Source: Octopus sinensis (lineage: Eukaryota). From it: a stretch of 29,375 nucleotides of DNA. The stretch is taken from contig NW_021832953.1 in assembly GCF_006345805.1 (NCBI RefSeq), positions 1-29,375 on the forward strand, in the 5' to 3' direction. Below, one piece after another: positions 10,256 to 22,325 of this stretch. Within the stretch, counting starts at the first letter, position 1. Every line of letters starts with the position of its first letter. Under the pieces are notes generated by a model. It was not told the origin of the DNA. It saw nothing but the letters and a program-made list of their open reading frames with translations, and did no database searches. The position numbers and the translations under genes are program-made.

Positions 10256-10633
10256 TCTCTCTCTATATAAACGGCAGTTTGTCTGTGTGTGTTTCTGTGT
10301 GTCTGTTAGGTTGTACCCTCACCCTGACCACGGCTTTCAACCTATTCTGATGAAACTTGACACACACATAGCCCAATGTCATAATTCAAAACTAACGCAG
10401 CGAAAATTTTGAAAAGTTCCCCCAGTTCTGAAAAAAATCGATAAATTCGACATGGGGTCGTCGAGAATCAGAAACACAAACCACAGACTGTCTAGGGGAC
10501 GCAACTCCACCTTTTTAACTCTCAAAAATAAATTTACCAAAATTTTTTTCCATTATTTTGCTATATAACTCTCTAAAAATGCTTTATAGTTATTTCCCTT
10601 ACAAACCCGAGCAACGCCGGGCGATACTGCTAG
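10256..10633 (+). mobile_element. Non-autonomous Helitron
   Basis: 5' a|TCTCTCTCTATATAAAC. Subterminal hairpin cccg-agcaacgc-cggg (10606-10621). 3' CTAG|t. Inserted between A and T with no TSD. Confidence 0.85.
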
Positions 10634-10690
10634 TATATATATATATATATATATATATTATGTATGTATATATATATATATATGTATATA

Positions 10691-11572
10691 TTGTATTCCT
10701 TTATTTGTTTCAGTCAATTGACTGCAGCCATGCTGGAGCACCGCCTGTAGTCAAATATAAATGGACCCCAGTTCTTATTCTTTGTTTTGCCCAATACTTA
10801 TTCTATCAGTCTCTTTTGCCAAATCGCAAAGATACAGGGACGCAAACCCACCAAAATCGGTTGTCAAGCAAAGCTGGGGGACAAACATAAACACGAACAT
10901 ATACACACACACATATATATATATAATCGAAATTGAACCAAATTCGATGACTGGCACCCGTGCCAGTGGAGCGCTAACAGCACCATCCGAGTGTGATCAT
11001 TGCCAGAGCAGCTGTCTGGCTCCCATGCTGGTGGCACATGAAAAGCACCATTTGAGCGTGATCGTTACCAGCATTGCCTCATCGGCACTTGTGCTGGTGA
11101 CACAAAAAATGATTCGAGCGAGGTTGTTGCCAGTGCCACTGGACTGGCTCCTGTACAGGTGGCACGTAAAAGGCACCATTTGAGAGTGGATGTGGCCAGT
11201 ATCGCCTGGATGGCCCTTGTGCCAGTGTAACGTAAAAGCAGCCAGTACACTCTCGGAATGGTTGGCATTAGGAAGGGTATCCAGCTATAGAAACTCTGCC
11301 AGATGATGAGATTGGAGCCTGTGCAACCATCTGGTTCGCCAGTCCTCACTCAAATTGTCCAACCCATGACAGCATGGAAAGCGGACGTTAAAAACATGAT
11401 GATGATGATGATGATATCGGGCTTCTTTCATTTCCATCTACCAAATCCTCTCACAAGTCTTTGGTTGACCTGAGGCTATAATAGTAAACACTTGCTCAAA
11501 GCATCACGCAGTGGAACTGAACCCGGAACTATGTGGTTGGGAAGTAAGCTTCTTACCACACAGCCACTCCTG
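10691..11572 (-). mobile_element. SINE family 1 copy split by an RTE 3' fragment (tail 10691-~10900, head ~11417-11572)
   Basis: Tail and tRNA-like head flank the insertion in the correct order and orientation. Confidence 0.75.
10926..11415 (+). mobile_element. 5'-truncated RTE 3'-UTR copy with (GAT)n tail, nested in the SINE
   Basis: Starts cgaaattgaacc (as at 27700). GGTGGCACGTAAAAGGCACC subrepeats. Ends ggaaagcggacgttaaaaacatgatgatgat. Confidence 0.85.
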
Positions 11573-12274
11573 TGTGTGTGTATATATATATATACACCAC
11601 AGATTCACAAACCAAAAGATCCTGACTCCATACGGATTTATAGTGGCAGAGCTGATGCTGGGAATGGCCAATGAGCTGGTGTTGACAAACAACAAAACAC
11701 AACAGAAGCACAGTGGCAGTGACCGGATGGGTGTCTTTGAGACCAGAGCCTTAAACGGCTGAAAAAAGTGGAAGGGTCAACTACAACAGTTGTTGCAGAC
11801 GACTTGATAATATAAACAAAGAGAAGAACGATGAAAGAGGGAGGAAATGGTGAATGAAGAGGAGGCATGTAAATAAACTGGGTCTACATTGATGGAAAAT
11901 AAGTTGAAAAAACAGCATCAGAAGATCTGACCTCTCTGGCTGTGTATTTAAAATCAAAAGAGGTCAACCAGATGACATAAGATATAGAATGACTTGGAGA
12001 GATTTGAAATCTGGAGGAGCCTTTCTCTCTACTTGTGTAACCCCTGGCAATGTCTTGCACATAGAAAGAAAGAAGTGGTTGAAGAGGAGGAAGAACAACA
12101 ATGATGACAAATCTACTCCAGTACTTGACTGGTTCTTTATCAATCATAATATAAAGTAAAGCTGACCTCACTAGGTATTGAACTCAGGGCACCAGAGCAG
12201 ATACTGGAAACAGTCTTTTAGTAAAATGTGTGAATGCCTTTGCCAACTGACCCCTTTTTACATGAATAAGTTCA

Positions 12275-12462
12275 CTTGTTTAACTGTTTGATTTCTATGA
12301 ATATATTATTGCTTGAGAGAGCATCATTAGAGAAACATAACCAGGTCGTACCTTGGCCAGGTAATAACAAATGATTAATTACATTATTTACAGGTGCATG
12401 TTCGTTGGTATATCTGATGTTACCTTGGAATTGTTTAATTTTTAGACAATTCTCTTGGTTAA
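12275..12462 (-). CDS. Candidate exon: VNQENCLKIKQFQGNIRYTNEHAPVNNVINHLLLPGQGTTWLCFSNDALSSNNIFIEIKQLNK
   Basis: Strong acceptor tttgtatatttctttaAG (12464-12463). 62 open codons in AT-rich DNA. Phase-1 donors AAG|GTaaca (after 12424) and AAG|GTacga (after 12352). True 3' end uncertain. Absent from the ORF track because it lacks an early start codon. Confidence 0.45.
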
Positions 12463-12771
12463 CTTAAAGAAATATACAAATTTATAACATAGATTATTAT
12501 TATTAAAAATACAATATTTAAATGTAATTTGTAAAAATATATTAAAAATACAATCATTTTAAATTTAATAGGATGTTTAACTTTCATAATTCCGAAATAC
12601 AATTTATAAAGTTGAAATATTGAATCATTAAAATTATTTTTATAAACAGTAAATATATCTAAAATGAAAGAAATACATTTGTTTAAAATATATTAAAACT
12701 ATGATTTCCATTTTTGATTTTTACCGAAAGTTAATTCTTGTCTAGCAATGCTATAGTCAAAACTTTCTAAC

Positions 12772-12895
12772 CATGACCCTCCCATAAGTTGTCATGATTG
12801 AATATATTTTTAGGGGCATTTTAGGGACTTTGCTCTTTGTTTGTAATAGAGTGAATAATAACTGCAGACAATGTGAAGTAATTCTCAGAAGCCAT
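12772..12895 (-). CDS. Candidate first coding exon: MASENYFTLSAVIIHSITNKEQSP*NAPKNIFNHDNLWEGH
   Basis: Polypyrimidine acceptor ...tatttttatcAG (12901-12900), ATG at 12895, and phase-1 donor CATG|GTtaga. One in-frame TAA (12823-12821) lies in CCC-T-AAAA and is removable by a paired homopolymer miscount. Confidence 0.4.
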
Positions 12896-14159
12896 CCATC
12901 TGATAAAAATATCGAAGATGGTGAGAAAACATATTTAATGCATTGCACATTAAAATGTTGATGTAGGATAAAGATGTGCTGAGAGAGAAAATATATGTTG
13001 TCACCAAATTGTTTAATATTTAAACAATTCTTCTTGTTTGCTTCAAGATATAAAATAGAAATGAAATCACCAGAACAATTCCATTTATATACAAAGTTTA
13101 ATATTGAAATAAAAACTCAGTTTAAAACATTTCAATTAGTAGAATCATTAGAATTGTATTAGTACTGACACTTTGTGTTCTGGGTTCAAATTCTGGCATG
13201 GTCAGCTTTGACTTTTATTATGCAGGGGTCAATAATTTAAATACTAGTTTGAGGTGGTAGAATTAAATATTGGACACGATGCCTTCCAGTAGGTAATGTG
13301 GTTCTTTATGAACTGAGTTCAAATCCCATTGTGGCCACCCTATGTTGCAGACTAAATCTATCACCAAATTTCACACCAAAAGCTGGCCCCTGAGCTACTT
13401 TTAGTAGAGGATTTCTCTTTTGTGTGCATTCACGTTAGGCCTCTTGTTTTGAGAATGTCTTTCTCCCACTCACCACTGTCGAAGACCCTAGAAAAAGAAA
13501 GGGTTATATGCAGGGCCGTTCTTGACTAAGCTTTTAAAGAATTAAGTTTATGAAAAACAGCCAATTAATTTATCTGCCATGAAATTAATTTGCAAATTTT
13601 AAATTTCACTTGAGACTTAGAAATCCACTTTAAACTACGTAAAATGATGTATCCTTAGATGAACATTTCCATCAAATAGTTTTGACATAGTTATAACACA
13701 ACCATACTTTATATTCTGGAAATGAAAGGTTTTACGTGTGATGTGACACTGCAAAATGTTTAAACACGTCTAGTCTATAGATGGTGGTGTGCAAATAAAA
13801 CAATATCTATATAACAGTATATTTATGTTTGAAATAAGTCTAATGAATGTTTAGCAATGTAAATGTGGTGGTAAATTGTGTGTTAAATAAAAGGAGAAGA
13901 ATATTATTTACCAGGGTTGGTTATTGGGTTTTGATACTGGCTTGAAGTCTTTCTGTCTCAGAAATATTCTGTGAGTCTGCTTCGCTCGAACAGCAATGAA
14001 GATATGGCAACAGTTAAGAGGATACTTATAAATATCCGGGAGTAGTAGGCATTGCCTCCTCATGTGTGTGGTGTGTGTATACATCTTTGTGTATGTATAT
14101 ATAGATGGATATACACATACATACATGTCTGTGTGTATATACATTTCTATGTGTGTATA

Positions 14160-14490
14160 GGTTTGGGAGGGCTCTGTAGTAAGTAGATTGCTTACCAACC
14201 ACATGGCTCTGGGTTCAGTCCCACTGTGTGGCACCTTGCACAAGTGACTTCTACTATAGCCTGGGGCCAACCAAAGCCTGTTGTAGTAGATTTGGTAGAT
14301 GGAAACTGAAAGAAGCCCATTGTATATATATGTATGTGTCTGTGTGTATATGTCCCCCATAGCTTAGCAGTTTAGCAAAAGAGACTGATAGAATAAGTAC
14401 TAGGCTTACAAGAAAAAATCGGGGCCGATTTGCTCAATTAAAAGCAGTGCTCCAGCATAGCCATAGTCTTGTTAGAAATAATAAAGAAAT
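14160..14490 (+). mobile_element. tRNA-derived SINE (family 1), full length
   Basis: B-box GGGTTCAGTCCC, core GTGGCACCTTGCACAAGTG, TATG spacer, tail gtgctccagcatagcc and an A-rich end. Confidence 0.85.
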
Positions 14491-14819
14491 TTTCCTGAAA
14501 TAACATACAACCTTCTCATAAATACACACACATATATATAGATATGCTTATTTTTATATACGTATGTATATATATGTGTGTATATATATACACATACACA
14601 CTCACATGTTTATATATACACATGTATGTATATATAATATATATATTTGTGTATATGTCTAGTAACACAACTATGGTGTTACTGTTGTGAAACCGGCATT
14701 TCTTATGCTTGAAGAATTTTGGTATTGGTCTGGAATCCAACAGCCCAGAGCTCAGGTTGGGTTTCTCTGCAATAATCTACCAGGAACTAACTATATGTAT
14801 GTGTGCACATATGTATATG

Positions 14820-15500
14820 TATTCTCTTATTCCTTACTTGTTTCAGTAATTTGATATGGTCATGCTGGAGCACCACCTTTAGTAGAAGAAATCGATCCGA
14901 GGCCTTACTCTTTGTAAGCTTAGTAGTTTTTCTATTGGTCTTTTTTGCTGAACTACTAAGTTATAGGGGTGTAAACACAGCAACACTGGTTCTCAAACGA
15001 TGGTGAGGGTGGACAGTCACAGATCAATCATCAATATATATATATATGACAAAAATGCACACGGATTTTTTTGTCAGTGAACGGTCTCGGATTTTAGCGA
15101 CGAAAATATTTTGACAATTAAACTTAAATGTTGAAGTGAATCGACGGCTTTTGTGTTTTCTTGAATGGCTTATAACACCTCCACGCTGCAATTGTGATAT
15201 ATAATATATACACACAACACACAAATACACATGCACTAGTACAGATTAAACACCTTCATAATTGCACTCATATATTTATCACACACACACACACACCACA
15301 CACCACACAACACACAACATATATATATATACAACCACACACTCATATATTCAGGATGGACTTCTTTCTGTTTCTGTCTACCAAAGCCACTCACAAGCTT
15401 TGGTTATAGTAGATGACACTTGCTCAGGTGCCACACGGTGGGACTGAACCTGGAACCATGTAGTTGGGAAGCAAGCCTCTTATCACAAAGACACTCCTGT
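14820..15500 (-). mobile_element. SINE family 1, interrupted by ~300 bp of other repeat and microsatellite
   Basis: Tail 14820-15025 and head 15357-15500 (ggtgccacacggtgggactgaacc). Confidence 0.7.
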
Positions 15501-15794
15501 TGTTATTTGGATTCGATTTTCACTTCCTCCCTCTTAAGATCTCAAAATCCATTTTGAAATAATTCCAGTTGTTTCCAACTGATAAAGCATTCATTTACAT
15601 TTACTCAACAACTGAAGGGTTTTGTTTACACATTGGTCCCCAAAATGCAAGTATTCACATCCTCACCACCACCGCCACCACAAAAAAACACCCCACTCTC
15701 ATCATCATCATCATCTTATTCATTAGTTTCAGCTCTCATTTATTAAAAATATAATGCTTTGTGTATTGTTTTTGTTTTCCTGTACACCACCTCA

Positions 15795-15845
15795 TTCTTT
15801 CCTCTGTCTCTCTCTTCCTCTCTTTCTCTCTCTCTCTCTTTCTCC

Positions 15846-15876
<31 letters not shown>

Positions 15877-15922
15877 CCTCTCTCTCCCCCTCTCTCTCTC
15901 CCTCTCTCTTCTCTCTCTCTCT
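15795..15922. repeat. (CT)n microsatellite
   Basis: Direct inspection. Confidence 0.95.
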
Positions 15923-17009
15923 TCAAATATCACTCTGAATCATTGATCCTTGTTGTTCTTTTGATTTCGTTTCCCTCCCTCCCTCTCAACATCTAACAAT
16001 CTGCTTTTGTGTCACAATGGCTAAGCTGCCTTTAGACAAAAATAAATATAATTGAAACCTCTTTGCAACTGATAACACATTCATTTACAGATTCGGGGTC
16101 ATCTCAAGGGTTTTGCTTTTAAAACCCTTAGAAACTGTGGTTTTTCTAATGAATATGCATGTTCTGTATAAATTTCACTTTCTTCAGTCTGGATGCAAAT
16201 TTACACCACACCACCACCACCAACAACAACAACAACAGCATTATCACCTTCATCATCATCACATCACCATCACAATCATTGTGTTATTTTGAATTTATTA
16301 ATATAATTTATTTATTCTATTTTTATTTCCGTTCACTGATTAAAAAGGTGAAGCAGCACCTTTGGGTGTTTTCCTTTTTCCTATCAGAATACAATCTTGG
16401 ATGTTTTCATATATTCATAAGTTCAATTAGAGGTGAATTTCGCCTTAGTTAAGGGATGGCACCATTCAAGGAGTTGCTGGTTAAATACCTAACATGTTTA
16501 GGGAAATGATAGGAAAATGGGATATACCAATACTATATTTGCATACACATGCATAAACTAAGAATATGCAAATGAAACTAATAAATTATAGTAACTAAGG
16601 AGTTTATATACAATTATAAATATTTAGGGGTGAAAAAAGTATTCTTAGTTTATGCAAGTGAATGCAAATATAGTATTGGTATATCCCATTTATGTTCATT
16701 CGAAATCAAATAAATGAAGAATTATGACACATCACGAATATTTATTTGCCCACCACTGTATGTATATATTGTTTGTCTGTGGTTGTCCACCCCATTGCTT
16801 GACAACCGATGTTGGTGTGTTTACATCCCTGTAACTTTGTGGTTCAGCAACAGTGAACCACAATACATATTAGTATTGACCTCTAGTGTAACGTCACGGC
16901 CATGCAGGGGCACCACAGTATCATCATATTCTCTATCTATCTCTCTATCTTTCTATCTTTCTTTCTATCTATTTATCTAACCATCCATCTGTATAGATAT
17001 ATAAACACT

Positions 17010-17420
17010 ATTTATTCTTTTACTTGTTTCAGCAATGGGACTGTGGTCATGCTGGAGCAATGCCTTAAGGGCTTTAGCCAAACAAATCGACTCCAGGGCT
17101 TACTCTTTGAAAGCTTAGTACATATTCTGGCAGTCTTTTTTACCGAATGAAATTACAGGGATGTAAACACACCACCATCAGTTGTCAAGTTATGATGAGG
17201 GTGGGAGGGAGGCTGACACACAGACAGGCACACACATGCACATGATCTATATATATATATATATTTATGTCTGATGGGCTCACTTCAGTTTCCATCTGAC
17301 AGGTCCACTTACAAGGCCCGAGGTCAAAATAGAAGAGAATTGCCCTAGGTGCCATGCAGTAGGACTGAACACAGAACCCTGTGGCTGAAAGCAAACTTCT
17401 TACCACACAGGAACACCTGT
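17010..17420 (-). mobile_element. SINE family 1 preceding module A
   Basis: Tail ttacttgtttcagcaatgggactgtggtcatgctggagca and head ggtgccatgcagtaggactgaacacag. Confidence 0.75.
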
Positions 17421-17499
17421 GCTTATACATTTGTGGAGCACACAACATGTTATATATATATATATATATATAATATATAATATATATATATATAACACA

Positions 17500-17626
17500 C
17501 ATATAATGTGTTTATTATGGTAGTTTGACTTTAATATTCCCTCGTAGTGTGAAGCATTTTATGTCTGGTAATGCCCTGATATATAAACATATATATATTA
17601 AATATATGTTGTATAGTTAGAATGAT

Positions 17627-17669
<43 letters not shown>

Positions 17670-17800
17670 TATAATGTGTTTATTATGGTAGTTTGACTTT
17701 AATAGTCCCTCGTAGTGTGAAGCATTTATGTATGGTAATGCCCTGATAATAAACATATATATATGTAAATGTATGTTGTATAGCTAGAATGATGGATGTA
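17500..17800. repeat. Local direct duplication of ~150 bp (2 copies)
   Basis: acacatataatgtgtttattatggtagtttgactttaata.tccctcgtagtgtgaagcattt occurs at ~17496 and again at ~17666. Confidence 0.85.
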
Positions 17801-17817
17801 TATATATATATATATAT

Positions 17818-18640
17818 CCATTCGTATGCTCCCAGTCATCTCCCAAATACATTCGTAAACTATGACAAGATATACTCTGACATGCGGTTCCATTCCTTCT
17901 CTCTGCCGATTATATTCGTAGTCTCGTTATGTTGATTTGGGGGCATCAGTCTCACAGATTTTATTTTAGAAATCCACCCCATACGTATTCAGTTAGTCTC
18001 TTGTACTGAAGCACAAACCAAATCTAGACATATATTTTGGGAAGGGACCCTTGTGAAAAAATATGCAATGCATTCATATAACTGTTGTTTCTAGCAAACT
18101 TTGTATTTAAGTTTGTGTCTGTAACTAGTTTTTTTGTTGTATTAATTACATTTTAATAATTAAATGCAAATTAATGCCTAATTAAAAATATAATTAAAAG
18201 TATGACATATAAAATGCAACTGAATGCAAGAGCTGCTAGTAATAGCAGCCAAATTTACAGAGAAAACAGCCCCATATTGTCTCACGTAACTCCATACATA
18301 GTTATATAGCTAGAGTTGCTTGAAATAGCAGCCAAATGCCCCTCCAATCCACTGTACTTCTGAAATTAGCTACAGTTTAAAATTCTACGCCTGTTTGTCA
18401 TGCAAAACAAATCCAATACAACAGGTCCATTAAACTGTATCATTTCATATGCTAGAAACAACAGCAAGTGTTTAGCAAAAATATATACAAAGACGGACAA
18501 AGAAAAACTGGGAGGAAAGCAAAAACCAAAAAGATCGAAATATATAATGTATCAATGTTAAATGTACTTGCTAGAATAGCAGCCAAAAGAAATTGAATCA
18601 CAGCTGTCTATCTATCTATTTGTCTGTCTGTCTGTTTGTC
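17818..18640. repeat. Triplicated module, copy A
   Basis: Collinear with 19240-20165 and 21470-22325 (shared ttccattccttc.tctgccga, ggcaccagtctcacagattttatttcag, ggtccattaaactg, atgctagaaacaacagcaag). Confidence 0.85.
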
Positions 18641-18652
18641 TCTCTATTTATA

Positions 18653-18699
<47 letters not shown>

Positions 18700-18717
18700 T
18701 ATATATATATATATATA

Positions 18718-18995
18718 CATTCTTTTATTCTGTACTTTATTTATTCTTTTATTTGTTTCAGTTATTTCACTGTGGCCCTGCTGGAGCACCACCTTACTGG
18801 GTTTCTGTCAAACAAATCTTGTAAGTTTAGTACTTATTCTATCAGTCTCTTTTGTCAAATCAAAGTCACAGGGACATAAACAGACCAACATCGGTTGTCA
18901 TACGATGGGATGTGTGGTGTAGGGTAGACACATACAAATGAATATGTATATATATATAGATATGAATATGTATGTATATGTATATATATATATAC

Positions 18996-19043
<48 letters not shown>

Positions 19044-19200
19044 GTTATGACGGGCTTCTTTCAGTTTCCATCTAGCAGATCCACTCACAGGCTTTGGTTG
19101 GCTTAAGGGTCATTTAAAAGACACTTGCCTAAGGTGCCCACACAGTAGGATTGAACCTGGAAACATGTGGTTGGGAAGCAAACTTCTTATGACAGAGCCT
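18718..19200 (-). mobile_element. SINE family 1 preceding module B
   Basis: Tail, (TA)n spacer and head (ggtgcccacacagtaggattgaacc). Confidence 0.75.
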
Positions 19201-19239
19201 GGCCGATACCAGTTTGCATTACTGGTACCTGTGTCGACT

Positions 19240-20165
19240 CGTTTCTTCCCGATTGTCTTCCCACACACATTCCTAAATGACACCAAGGTATACTCCAACA
19301 TGTTGGTTCCATTCCTTCCTCTGCCGATTTTACTCGTTGTCTTGTTGTTTCTGTCAATTCTGGGGCACCAGTCTCAAGGATTTTATTTCAGAAAATCGAC
19401 CCCAAACATATTCCCTCCGTCCCTTCTACTCAAACAACAAACTAAACCTAGGCACAAAGCTTTGGAAAGGAGACTTTATAAAAAAATATGTGATACATTC
19501 CTTTAACTGTTGTTTCTCTAGCTTCAACTTGTATTTAATTGTGCATTTGTAACTATTTTATAGACTTGCTGCTAGAAATAGCAGTCAAAACTCACTGAAT
19601 CACAGCTGTCTATCTATCTATTTGTCTTATATGGTTTTCCAGTTTTTGTATTAATTTCTTTGGAATAATTAAATGGAAAATGAAGTCTAATTTAGAAAAG
19701 AAAACGAAATCATGATGTATAAGAAGTAAATGAAAGCAAGGGCTGCTAGAAATAGCAGCCAAATCTACGTCGAAACAGCATCATACTGCCTCACGTAACT
19801 CCATCCATATTTATATATGAGCCATAAAAATTGAAGCCAATCAAAATGATAGCTAGATTTGTTTGAAATAGCAGCCTAATGTCCCTCCAATCTGCTGTAG
19901 TTCTGAAATTAACTTCAGTCTATAAATTCTACACCTATTTGTCACGCAAAACAAGACAAATACAAAGGGTCCATTAAACTGAGACGTTTCCTATGCTAGA
20001 AACAACAGCAAGACTCGAGCAAAAATATATGCGAAGAAGGATACAGAAAATACTGAGAGGGAGGCAGAAAGAAAAGACATTTAAATATAGAATGTTTCAA
20101 TGCTTAATGGATGCCAGAGTTACTGCTAGAAATAGCAGCCAAATCTCACATCTGTCTGTTTATCT
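19240..20165. repeat. Triplicated module, copy B
   Basis: Same collinear anchors as copy A, with two internal insertions. Confidence 0.85.
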
Positions 20166-20169
20166 ATCG

Positions 20170-20351
20170 AAGGGGTCCCAACCTTTTTTATGCCCTGCAC
20201 CCTTAAAAACCTTTATATGTTCTCACACCCCTTCAAGTAATAGTTTATATAAAATAAAGGTGCCCGGAGCAATTGCCGAATTTGACCCCATATAAATCCA
20301 GCCCTGCTCGCACCCCCAAGCGGTGTGTGCACCCCTGGGTGGGAAACCCTG
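20170..20351. mobile_element. hAT-like MITE (degenerate)
   Basis: Ends aaggggtcccaacc ... gggtgggaaaccctg resemble CAGGGGTTCCCAACC-type TIRs. No clear 8-bp TSD. Confidence 0.5.
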
Positions 20352-20664
20352 CATCTAAATATATTACATTCTTTGTTTCTTTTACTTGTTTCAGTTATTT
20401 GACTGCGGCCATGCTGGAGCACTGCCTTAAAGGGTTTTAGTCAAACAAATCGACCCCAGGATTTATTCTTCGTAAGCCGAGGACTTATTCTATCAGTCTC
20501 TTTTGCCAAACTAACTTAAAGGGTTGTAAACAGACCAACATAGGTTGTCAAGTGATGGTTATGTGGGGTGGGGTTCAGATCTATACACACATGAATATAT
20601 ATATTATATATATTATATATATATATACACACACAGATATATACACTCACACATATATATATAT

Positions 20665-20880
20665 CTATTGTACTATAGGCACGAGGCCTGAAAGTTTGGC
20701 GGGGGGGGGGTGTCGAGTTGATAACATTAACTCCAATGTTTCACTGGTACTTCATTTATTGACCCTGAAAGGTTGAAAGGCAAAGTTGACCCTTACGAAA
20801 TTTGAACTCAGAATATAGTGACAGGTGAAAAACCGCTAAGTACTTTGTCCGGTGCACTATCAATTCTGCCAGCTCACCTC
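20665..20880 (-). mobile_element. tRNA-derived SINE (family 2)
   Basis: Minus-strand head gagctggcagaattg...ctgagttcaaatt and core ctttgcctttcaacctttcagggtcaataaatgaagtacc. Related copy at 22645-22850. Confidence 0.7.
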
Positions 20881-20894
20881 TCTCTGTGGTGTGT

Positions 20895-20895
20895 G

Positions 20896-20950
<55 letters not shown>

Positions 20951-20978
20951 TATATATATATATCTATATAATATATAT

Positions 20979-21031
<53 letters not shown>

Positions 21032-21042
21032 TAATATATATA

Positions 21043-21082
<40 letters not shown>

Positions 21083-21095
21083 TGATATATATATA

Positions 21096-21187
<92 letters not shown>

Positions 21188-21210
21188 ATATATATATTAT
21201 ATATATAGTA
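20895..21210. repeat. Long imperfect (TA)n microsatellite (~315 bp)
   Basis: Direct inspection. Confidence 0.95.
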
Positions 21211-21469
21211 TGTATGTATGGGTATAAATATACGATGGGCTTCGTTTAGTTTCCGCCAACCAAATTCTACCCACAAGGCTTTGGTTGGCCAGATGCTGTA
21301 GTAGAAGACACTTGTCCAAGTTGTCATACAGTGGGACTGAACCCCCGAGTGTGTGGTTGGAAACAAGCTTCTTACCACACAGCCACACCTGTATGTGAAT
21401 GCATGTTGTATAGTTAGATGGAGGGAGATATATAATATATAAGTACAAATGTATATACATAGATATCAA

Positions 21470-22325
21470 TCCATTCGTTTGTTCCCAGTCGTCTTCCCTC
21501 ACACACTCCTAAACGATGCAAAGATATTCTCCTAAATGTGGCTTCCATTCCTTCCTCTGCCGAATACATCCATACTCTTGTTGCTTATGCTGATTTAGGG
21601 GCACCAGTCTCACAGATTTTATTTCAGAAAACCAACCCCCATCCCCTATACATATTCACTCAGTCTCTTCTACTGAAGCACAAACTTTACGTAGACACAC
21701 GTTTTTGGAAAGGAAACTGTGTAAAAAGAAACATGAAATACTTCTATATAGCTGCTGTTTCTAGCATATGTAATTGTGTGTTTGTAACTAGTTTTGGTTG
21801 TTGTATTAATTTCACTGTAATACTTAAATGCAAATTAAAGTTTAATTTAATGAGAAAATTAGATTAATCATGTGTAAAATGCAAACGAATGCCAGAGCTG
21901 CTAGATATAGCAGCCAAATCTACGTTGAAACAACATCATACCGTCTCTTCTAACTCCATACATATTTATATATTAGCTGATGAAAGCTGAAGTGTACATG
22001 ATAGCTAGAGTTGTTTGAAATAGCAGCTAAATGCCCCTCCAATCTACTGTTCTTCTGAAATTAATTGCAGTTTATAAATTGTACACCTATTTGTCACACG
22101 ACACAAATCCAATACAACAGGTCCATGAAACTGAGACATTTCATATGCTAGAAACAACAGCAAGAGTTTAGCAAAAATATATGCAAAGACGGACACAGAA
22201 AACGAGAGAAGGATGCAGAAAAAATAAGATCTAAATATATAACGTATCAATGCTTAATGTACAGTAGACCTGCTGCAAGAAATAACAGCCAAATCTCACA
22301 GCCATCCATCTATCCATTTGTCTGT
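21470..22325. repeat. Triplicated module, copy C
   Basis: Same collinear anchors as copies A and B. Confidence 0.85.

Larger units (their letters stand above)
20365..21392 (-). mobile_element. SINE family 1 (tail 20365-20590, head 21233-21392) expanded by a nested SINE and long (TA)n; precedes module C
   Basis: Near-consensus tail ttacttgtttcagttatttgactgcggccatgctggagcactgcc and head gtgggactgaacccc...cttcttaccacacagccac. Confidence 0.75.

Noticed and set aside
11930-12160. Plus-strand open stretch (…GCVFKIKRGQPDDIRYRMTWRDLKSGGAF…)
   Set aside because: No recognisable domain, start context or splice support. Possibly an old TE remnant.
12850-12920. Plus-strand 71-nt exon candidate (VNNNCRQCEVILRSHPSDKNIED) with good AG/GT sites
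   Set aside because: It overlaps the minus-strand exon candidate in antisense and no partner exons were recognised. Cannot be excluded without RNA data.
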